Assembly (NCBI GenBank): GCA_048939625.1
Contig: JBHLPH010000012.1
Coordinates: 1-32,985, forward strand
From: Promethearchaeota archaeon
Lineage (GTDB): Archaea > Asgardarchaeota > Hermodarchaeia > Hermodarchaeales > Hermodarchaeaceae
DNA length: 32,985 nt
Direction: 5' to 3'
Below, in pieces: positions 26,301 through 32,985 of this stretch. The number at the start of each line of letters is the position of its first letter. Position 1 is the stretch's first letter. The position numbers and the translations under genes were made by a program. Under the pieces are notes generated by a model. That model did no database searches. It was not told where the DNA came from and saw nothing but the letters and a program-made list of their open reading frames with translations.

Positions 26301-28004
26301 TTAAGGCTTCGATGACCGTGCGTTTGAGTAATCAGGAAAATGCAGCCCACACCGTGGGCAGAATTGGCGCTTTGCGAGCCAGTCAGTCATATGCTTATAA
26401 TGCGCTAACGCACCACAACCGGGGCAGAAGGCGATTGGAGTATCTGGAGAAAGCACCTCATCACAGAAAATACAGCGATGAAGAAGGGTAGAGCACAGTG
26501 AACATTGGCTGTCTGATTTCAAACATGTTGCACTACATTTCGGACATTGTGTTAATCCAGTAAGTACTGAGGTTAAATCCTCAATCATTCGAGGAGAGAG
26601 ATAAGTCTTCAGCACAGCCTGCTTTGTAGGCTGTGCCCAAGGATCTGAGATTTCTTTTCGACTTTGTCGGAGTAGCAAATAAGAACCTAACACCATAATG
26701 ATTGATAATCCTGTCCCCAAGAAGATTAGGAACATGTTGGGTGGGCCATATGTTCGCGTATCTTCTGGTAGAATTAGTTCTGGATTATCAGGAATACGAA
26801 GTGCCCAGGCTACCGAATGGTATTCTGCAAGGCTTTCACTTCGACCAGCGATTATAAAGTCCCCTTGAGAGGTCTGCAGTATCGAATATCCTTGATCGTC
26901 TTCTGTACCTCCATAGTTTTTGCTTCTGAGAAATTCACCTTCTCGTGTTAAGCGGACTAACCAAAGGTTGTCGAAGTGGTCGTTTCCTTCCCATTCGACC
27001 GTTCTTCCAGCGATGCCCAGACTGCCATCAGCAAGTTCAGTAATCGCATAAGCTGCATCAGAAGATTGCTCACCAAATAGCGTAGTCCATTGAAGGGTCC
27101 CGTTACTATGATATGAGATAGCAAATCCATCTGATACTAGATTTGAAGTCTTTTCAGTCTCGCCAACAGTAACTAAATTTCCGCTTCTGGTTTCAATAAC
27201 ATCTGAGCAGACATCTGACCATAGACTACCAAATGTCTTATTCCATAGTGCACCCCCCGTGGGTGAAGTGACAAGTAACCATGCATCCTCGTTGCCATGT
27301 CCGTAGCTCTCTGTTGAGCCCCCTAATACGAAATTACCCGACCTTGATTCTACTAATGAAGTACAAACTTCATCATCCATTCCCCCATACTCCTGACTCC
27401 AGAGCATATTTCCACTCTCGTCTGTTCGAACTAGCCATGATTGGGAGTTGGTATGATTTTCATTCATCACAGAACCTGCAAAAGCAAATCCTCCCGATTG
27501 ACATTCAACCAAGGATAGCCCCTGATCGAAATTCTGAGACCCACCAAATGTTTGATGCCAAGAAATAGTTCCGGATTCGTCTAAACGGATAAGAAGAGCG
27601 TCCCGATGATTGTCTGGGATATACCCAATTACTGCAAACCCCCCAGCTTCGCATTCGATGATTTCCCGTCCTACTTGAGCTGAAAAAGCTTCAAAGGCTT
27701 GGTGCCAAAGAAGGCGTCCATTTTCTGCAATTCTAACAATTGCTAGGGCTTGTTTCTCTCGATAGTGGATAAACCCTGTGGCAACATATCCTCCCGCCTT
27801 GCAAGAGATAATCGAGTAAAAGGCGTTATAACCAGCCCAAGAACCATGTGTCAGACTCCAAAGTTGATCTGTATTTACACGAGCATAATTTGGAGCTGTA
27901 TAATTTGCAGTATCAAGAGTTAATCCAAAGCCAATCCCTGTAATTATACTTGAAATTAGAATGCAAATGCAAAATAGTCTGCATTTCCTCAGCAAGCAGT
28001 CCAA
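26301..28004 (-). CDS. Single-pass membrane protein: signal peptide, beta-propeller ectodomain, TM helix, cytoplasmic Zn finger plus RING-like domain
   Basis: About 7 repeats of type WLVRTDESGNMLWSQEYGG; TM MFLIFLGTGLSIIMVLGSYLLL followed by RQSRK; CPKC-x10-CSLC-x6-CIFC-x12-CPGC-x4-H-x2-H-x3-W-x6-CPRC. Confidence 0.85.
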   Translation of the reverse strand: MDCLLRKCRLFCICILISSIITGIGFGLTLDTANYTAPNYARVNTDQLWSLTHGSWAGYNAFYSIISCKAGGYVATGFIHYREKQALAIVRIAENGRLLWHQAFEAFSAQVGREIIECEAGGFAVIGYIPDNHRDALLIRLDESGTISWHQTFGGSQNFDQGLSLVECQSGGFAFAGSVMNENHTNSQSWLVRTDESGNMLWSQEYGGMDDEVCTSLVESRSGNFVLGGSTESYGHGNEDAWLLVTSPTGGALWNKTFGSLWSDVCSDVIETRSGNLVTVGETEKTSNLVSDGFAISYHSNGTLQWTTLFGEQSSDAAYAITELADGSLGIAGRTVEWEGNDHFDNLWLVRLTREGEFLRSKNYGGTEDDQGYSILQTSQGDFIIAGRSESLAEYHSVAWALRIPDNPELILPEDTRTYGPPNMFLIFLGTGLSIIMVLGSYLLLRQSRKEISDPWAQPTKQAVLKTYLSPRMIEDLTSVLTGLTQCPKCSATCLKSDSQCSLCSTLLHRCIFCDEVLSPDTPIAFCPGCGALAHYKHMTDWLAKRQFCPRCGLHFPDYSNARSSKP

Positions 28005-28072
28005 CCTTCTTGGTCCTCTGGACTTATCAAACAGGAACCTGGCTTAAAACTCTGATGAAAGCAACAAATGAG

Positions 28073-30523
28073 TTAGCGACGTTTTGTCGTAACAGTCAGT
28101 TCAGAACCAAGGGGACCCATATCAATGACATTTTCAACAAAGTCTCGTACTATCTCAGCAAGTCGAGCTCCCTCTGAGGCAGAGATACTTTCGAAAATGA
28201 TGCGATCTGGATTTAGACCCATCTCTTCTAATAACGGTAGCATCTTTTCCACACGTTCTTTTGCCTTGCCCATTCCAGTCCGATAATGGCAATCAGTTTC
28301 ATGACATCCAATAATCGCAACACCATCAGCACCCTGGCTAAAGGCTTCAAGGATGAGTAAGGGATCCAGTCGACTCGTACAAGGAACTCGAATTGGAATC
28401 ATCTGTGGAGGATACCGTAATCGATTCACTCCTGCATAATCTGCCGCTGCATAAGCACACCAATTACAAAGAAACCCAATTATGACAGGGGAAAGTGGAT
28501 TCTCTTGGCAAGCGGTATCAACAGCTGAAAGGAGTTGTTGCCGAGTGAATCCAGGTAAATCAAGTGCTGCTGTTGGACAGGATGCCACACAGGCACCACA
28601 ACCCGTGCAGGCAAGTTCATCGATTTGGGGGTACTTTGACCCTTCAAACGAGATTGCGTTAGCATCACAGGTTTTTTCACATAATCGACAACTCTCACAC
28701 AATGCTTCATTTACAACAGGAGCATAGACCTCTAAATCGATTTTACGTCGATGTAACAGAGAAGATACTTGAGCTGCTGCTAAACCTGCATGAGCAACTG
28801 TGTCTGCGATATCCTTGGGACCTTGAGAAGTACCAGCAAGAAAAATACCAGCCGAGTAGGTTCCTGTTGGATCCAGTTTTGGATGTTTCTCCAAGAAGAA
28901 GTTATTCTCATCTAAGGGAATATTGAGTTTCAATGCAAGCTCGAGATTCGATGGAGCAGGATCTACGCCAACACTCAACACTACAAGATCTGCTGGAAAC
29001 TCAATGGGTTCACAAAGTTCAGTATCTTCTGCGCGGATAAGCAGTTTCTTTGTCTTAGGATCTTCTTCGATTTCAGCAACGCGACCTCGGATAAACGTGA
29101 TACCATGCTCTCTGCTAGCCCGTTCGTATAATTCTTCGAAACCTTTACCGAAGGTTCGCATGTCTGTATAGAAGATGTATACATCAGTTTCCGGTTGGGC
29201 TATACGTAGTTGAACGGCTTCCTTGATAGCGTATGTACAACAGATGCGACTACAATAGGGTCGATTTATCCTAATATCGCGGCTGCCTACACATTGGACA
29301 AACGCAACCCGTTTCGGAGCGTCTCCTGATGAGGGCTGTATAACCAAACCATGCGATGGACCCGAAGGATCCAGTAGCCGTTCCAGCTCTGGCGCAGTAA
29401 TAACATCAGTATATCGTTCGTACCCGTATTCTGTAAGATTTTGTGGATTAAAAGGTACAAAGCCGGTGGCAACCACTATCGCTCCAACTTTGAAGGTATG
29501 GTCTTGTTCGGTTTCTTCAAAGCGGATTGATTCTTTCTCACATACACCAACACAGGATTGGCAACCAATACAAGCATCCATATCAATGTATGGAGCAAGG
29601 GGCACTGAGCTCGGATAAGGGCGAATAATTGCGTGCTGAGATCCCAGCCCATAATTATATTCGTTGGGTTCTTCTATAGGACAAATCTCAAGGCATTTGT
29701 TACATCCGTTACAAGTCTCAAGGTCGACGTAGCGGGGTTCCTGATGAATCTTCACCTGATAGGCACCGGGTGTTCCCTGGACCTCGGTGACCTCACTTAG
29801 GGTTAGAATCTTGATTTTTGGATGAGTGTTTACCTGTGTCATCAACGGACCTAGGATACATAAACTACAATCGAGACTCGGGAAGAGTTTATCCCATTTT
29901 GCCATATGACCCCCAAGAAATCCACTTCTTTCTACAAGAATGACTTCGTATCCAGAATTCGCAAGTTGTAGTGAAGCTGTGATCCCAGCAGGTCCTCCGC
30001 CAATAACAAGAACTCGTCTTGTTATCGGTACACTTATTGAATTAATGCTGAGTCCAGCTTGTGCCATTTTTAAGGCTGCATCAATCATGAGTCGAGCTTT
30101 TGCGGTTGCTGCTTCGGGGTTATCCCAATGGACCCAACTGCATTGTTCACGTATATTCGCAATGGCGAGATGCCCTCGATTCAGTCCTGCTTCTTCAACA
30201 GTTTGACTCATTAATTCTCCGTGTAGTCGTGGTGAACAGGCAGCAACCACAACATTGGCAACCTTTTCCTTTCGGATGGTTTCCCGAATCAGATTTAGCC
30301 CTTGTTCAACACAAAAATGTGCATCATCAACTACGATAAGGTGTGATTGTTTCTTATAATGCTGAACGAGGTCTTCAACATTCACTATACTGGCAATATT
30401 TGACCCACACTGACAAAGAAATAATGCTGTTTTTGGTAACGCTTTTGATTTGGTTTTGCGGCGAGTGGACTTAGACTGTGGTGTCTTGAGCTTGGTTTTT
30501 TTAGATTTAGCCACAATCGTCAC
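28073..30523 (-). CDS. hdrA: Heterodisulfide reductase subunit A fused to an MvhD (hydrogenase delta, 2Fe-2S) domain
   Basis: CQCGSNIA, ACSPRLH, NIREQCSWVH, GGGPAG, FPSLDCSLCIL, QCVGSRD, YCSRICC, GPKDIADT and ferredoxin motifs; MvhD motifs FLCNWCAY, VPCTSR and GCHETDCHY. Confidence 0.95.
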   Translation of the reverse strand: MTIVAKSKKTKLKTPQSKSTRRKTKSKALPKTALFLCQCGSNIASIVNVEDLVQHYKKQSHLIVVDDAHFCVEQGLNLIRETIRKEKVANVVVAACSPRLHGELMSQTVEEAGLNRGHLAIANIREQCSWVHWDNPEAATAKARLMIDAALKMAQAGLSINSISVPITRRVLVIGGGPAGITASLQLANSGYEVILVERSGFLGGHMAKWDKLFPSLDCSLCILGPLMTQVNTHPKIKILTLSEVTEVQGTPGAYQVKIHQEPRYVDLETCNGCNKCLEICPIEEPNEYNYGLGSQHAIIRPYPSSVPLAPYIDMDACIGCQSCVGVCEKESIRFEETEQDHTFKVGAIVVATGFVPFNPQNLTEYGYERYTDVITAPELERLLDPSGPSHGLVIQPSSGDAPKRVAFVQCVGSRDIRINRPYCSRICCTYAIKEAVQLRIAQPETDVYIFYTDMRTFGKGFEELYERASREHGITFIRGRVAEIEEDPKTKKLLIRAEDTELCEPIEFPADLVVLSVGVDPAPSNLELALKLNIPLDENNFFLEKHPKLDPTGTYSAGIFLAGTSQGPKDIADTVAHAGLAAAQVSSLLHRRKIDLEVYAPVVNEALCESCRLCEKTCDANAISFEGSKYPQIDELACTGCGACVASCPTAALDLPGFTRQQLLSAVDTACQENPLSPVIIGFLCNWCAYAAADYAGVNRLRYPPQMIPIRVPCTSRLDPLLILEAFSQGADGVAIIGCHETDCHYRTGMGKAKERVEKMLPLLEEMGLNPDRIIFESISASEGARLAEIVRDFVENVIDMGPLGSELTVTTKRR

Positions 30524-30692
30524 CGAGTCTCTTTGACATGAGTTCAGGTACCAATATGAGTTTTAACACTTGTTACGTTACTATCTGATGATTTAATTGT
30601 TAAGGCGAATGGCAAATTAGACCTCCTGGTTGTTACCCAAGAGATAAAGGGAGAAATTAGACCAGAATACTGGTAGGCTGTGTCGTGAACTC

Positions 30693-31160
30693 ATGGTAGA
30701 TAAAAAAGTCAATCCCATGCAATTGTATAAACTCCTGCCCCAAACCAATTGCAAGAAGTGTGGTATGACCTGCATGGCTTTTGCAACGAAGCTAGCCCTC
30801 CGCGAAGTTGAACTGAAAGAATGCACACCGCTCTTTGAAGAAGAGCAGTATAAAGAGAAACTTGCCACACTCTCTGATCTCATTAGCCCTCTCTTAGAAA
30901 CTGAAGAAACAGGTTTGAAACTAGATGAGACCATATGTACAGGATGTGGCAATTGCGTTGTTGTCTGTCCAGTCGATGCATCCACAGAACCGGATACAGC
31001 TTCCGGGAAAGCTGCACGTTCAACTGACACAGTCTTCAGAGTTGAAGATGGCATCGCTAAGATTATCAACCTTGAGAAATGTCGTCGATTTCCACCCGAA
31101 CGCATGAATTGTCGTGTCTGTGAACAAGGTTGTTATGTGAAGGCTATCGAAATCTGGTAA
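30693..31160 (+). CDS. FwdG-like ferredoxin with an N-terminal Fe-S domain of the CdhE/RnfB type
   Basis: LPQTNCKKCGMTCMAFA...ECTPL; CTGCGNCVVVCPV; CRVCEQGCYVKAI; directly upstream of the fwdB-like gene. Confidence 0.8.
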   Translation: MVDKKVNPMQLYKLLPQTNCKKCGMTCMAFATKLALREVELKECTPLFEEEQYKEKLATLSDLISPLLETEETGLKLDETICTGCGNCVVVCPVDASTEPDTASGKAARSTDTVFRVEDGIAKIINLEKCRRFPPERMNCRVCEQGCYVKAIEIW

Positions 31161-31196
31161 CTATATACGTATATCAGCAGCTGAAGGGAACGAAAC

Positions 31197-32480
31197 GTGC
31201 AAGATACTGTATGTTGTGGCTGTTCAGTCGTCTGTGATGACGTGGCAGTATCAGTTAAAAAAGCCAGCTTGCAATCCTTAGGCCTCTGCAGACTCGGTCA
31301 TGAGTATTGTAGCTCGATATTCAGTAAAGCACGACTTACATATCCTTTGATGAAAACGGGTGATGGAAAACCGAAATCAACAACCATGAAGAAAGCCTTG
31401 GAGAAAGCTACAGAGCTCCTTCATGAAAGCAAAAGACCATTGTTAATCGGGTGGTCAAATAGTACAACCGAAGCGATCACCTGTGGATTGGACATCGCTC
31501 AACATAAGAGAGGAGTATTCGATAGCACCGCGAGCTTCGAATACGGGGCCCTTCTAGAATTTGGCTTGCATGGGGGTGAATCAGAAAAAACCTCATTGGA
31601 TACTGTACGGGATTTTGCCGACCACATAGTCTATTGGGGAGTCAACCCAGCAGAAAGCCACCATCGTCATGCCAGTCGATACACAGTGTTTCCCAAAGGC
31701 AAGAATATCCCAGAAGGTCGTGAAAGTCGTGTGGTATCAGTGATTGATATTCGAGATACAGAATCCATGCGATTAGCAAACCATCAACTGATTCTTTCCC
31801 CTTCCACGGGCGACGAGGAATTTCTGAATTTACTTATCGCTGAACTCGATGGAACTCGCGAACACCTACCTGATAAAATTGGAGGAGTGCCTGCTATTGA
31901 GTTTCTCAGTTTTAGTAAACAACTTCGAGAAGCAAGTGATGTAGCCTTATTTTATGGCAATGGTTTACTGCATTCACCGAACACTCGACGCATTCTACCG
32001 CTACTTGCCAAGGTGAATGGCCTTCTCAATCGAAACCAGCACCGATGCTGGACATTACCGATGATAGCATACTGCAATACGATTGGAGCGGTGAAAGCTA
32101 GTCTAAAAGTGGCGAAGATACCATTTGCCATTGATTTTCACTCAAAATCAGGAAAATCACTGCCATCGATTTTCTCTGAAATCCGGGACACTAAATTTGA
32201 TTGTGTGGTAATTGTGGGTTGGGATGCATTGAGCCTTTTACCAGGACCTATTTCCAAAGCCCTCACGAATCTTCCTATAATAGCTTTGTCGACTCATCCG
32301 ACTTTAACAACACAAAAAGCAAGCGTTGTTTTTCCAACAGCCCTAACAGGTGCAGAAGCAGCAGGCACTGTTCATCGCATGGACGGAACAACAATATCTC
32401 TTCAACCTTTCAAGGTACCACCTAAAGGTGTTCTCACAGAAGAAGCACTTTTAACGCAACTTCTTGAAAACCTCACCTAG
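31197..32480 (+). CDS. FwdB/FmdB-like subunit lacking W/Mo catalytic residues (FhcB-like)
   Basis: N-terminal CCGCSVVCDD...CRLG, GWSNSTTEA, YWGVNPAESHHRHASRY and GTVHRMDG identify the family. DSTASFEYG replaces DNTASVCHG, and PMIAYCN replaces PMRGHYN. Confidence 0.85.
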   Translation: MQDTVCCGCSVVCDDVAVSVKKASLQSLGLCRLGHEYCSSIFSKARLTYPLMKTGDGKPKSTTMKKALEKATELLHESKRPLLIGWSNSTTEAITCGLDIAQHKRGVFDSTASFEYGALLEFGLHGGESEKTSLDTVRDFADHIVYWGVNPAESHHRHASRYTVFPKGKNIPEGRESRVVSVIDIRDTESMRLANHQLILSPSTGDEEFLNLLIAELDGTREHLPDKIGGVPAIEFLSFSKQLREASDVALFYGNGLLHSPNTRRILPLLAKVNGLLNRNQHRCWTLPMIAYCNTIGAVKASLKVAKIPFAIDFHSKSGKSLPSIFSEIRDTKFDCVVIVGWDALSLLPGPISKALTNLPIIALSTHPTLTTQKASVVFPTALTGAEAAGTVHRMDGTTISLQPFKVPPKGVLTEEALLTQLLENLT

Positions 32481-32548
32481 CCGGATTTTCGATAATTGGT
32501 AAGCCTTTAAGCACCCATAAACAAGTACACGAGTAAGGGTGCGCAAAA

Positions 32549-32985
32549 ATGAAAATTGCAGTTGCTGGGAAAGGCGGAGTAGGCAAAACCCTCATCGCTG
32601 GAACTCTGGCTCGATTCCTTGGAAGAGAAAATATCAAAGTATTAGCTGTTGATGCAGATCCCACACCAACTTTAGCAACGACCCTAGGCATCCCTCAGGA
32701 GATTGCTTCAAAGATTGTACCTTTGACTGAAAACGACGAACTCGTTGAGGAACGCACGGGCATGGACAAAAAGACTTACGGTGGAATGTTTAAACTCAAT
32801 CCGCATGTCTCTGACTTGGCTGAAAAATATGGTATTGCAGGTCCTGATAACACAACCCTTCTTGTCGCAGGAACAGTTACGATAGGTGGATCAGGTTGCA
32901 TGTGCCCTGCAGGAGCTATGCTTAAGGCACTCATCCGATACCTCATTGTGGGCACTGATGAAGCCTTTGTAATGGACCTCGAAGC
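32549..32985 (+). CDS. cooC: CooC/AcsF-type nickel-insertion ATPase; 3'-truncated by the window edge
   Basis: Not in the supplied ORF list. Translates as MKIAVAGKGGVGKT (deviant Walker A), VDADP, FKLNPHVSD, GSGCMCP (Ni-binding CxC) and MDLEA. Confidence 0.9.
   Translation, partial: MKIAVAGKGGVGKTLIAGTLARFLGRENIKVLAVDADPTPTLATTLGIPQEIASKIVPLTENDELVEERTGMDKKTYGGMFKLNPHVSDLAEKYGIAGPDNTTLLVAGTVTIGGSGCMCPAGAMLKALIRYLIVGTDEAFVMDLE

Noticed and set aside
30617-31105. 162-aa minus-strand ORF, and the other short ORFs overlapping polX, ppdK, RLP and hdrA
   Set aside because: These are shadow frames of well-supported genes and have no recognisable motifs.
28073-32480. Selenocysteine recoding in HdrA, MvhD or FwdB, with the hairpin at 26222-26261 as a SECIS
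   Set aside because: All ORFs are uninterrupted. Sec-prone positions are Cys (DCSLC, CNWC, GCHE) or Glu, and there is no in-frame TGA.

Overview
Chromosomal window from an anaerobic archaeon, most likely Asgard. This is inferred from a schizorhodopsin-type rhodopsin, a membrane RING protein, cofC and fwd/hdr genes, archaeal TATA boxes and many TTG/GTG starts. 1-4.9 kb: light and DNA-repair cluster (CPD photolyase, schizorhodopsin variant, ATP10-like protein, PolX-PHP, flavodoxin). 4.9-10.3 kb: AT-rich accessory island with three cargo genes (secreted beta-barrel protein, membrane-anchored metzincin, Bacillota-like gene), a repeated ~42-bp site and two decayed tyrosine-integrase 5' stubs. 10.3-17.5 kb: SNAP/TPR-like protein; a minus-strand run of form IV RuBisCO-like protein, methyltransferase, NTF2 protein and two paralogous His-repeat membrane proteins (one apparently CTG-initiated); and a surface protein with nested GIFT/GATase-like domains. 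17.5-24.1 kb: GNAT, ppdK, MFS transporter, cofC, rhomboid. 24.1-33 kb: fwdD-like, fwdF, a propeller-TM-ZnF-RING protein, hdrA-mvhD fusion, fwdG-like, fwdB-like and cooC. The FwdB and FwdD homologues lack their W/Mo catalytic and cofactor-binding motifs. No tRNA, rRNA or CRISPR array was seen. All family assignments are from motif recognition by eye, not database searches.
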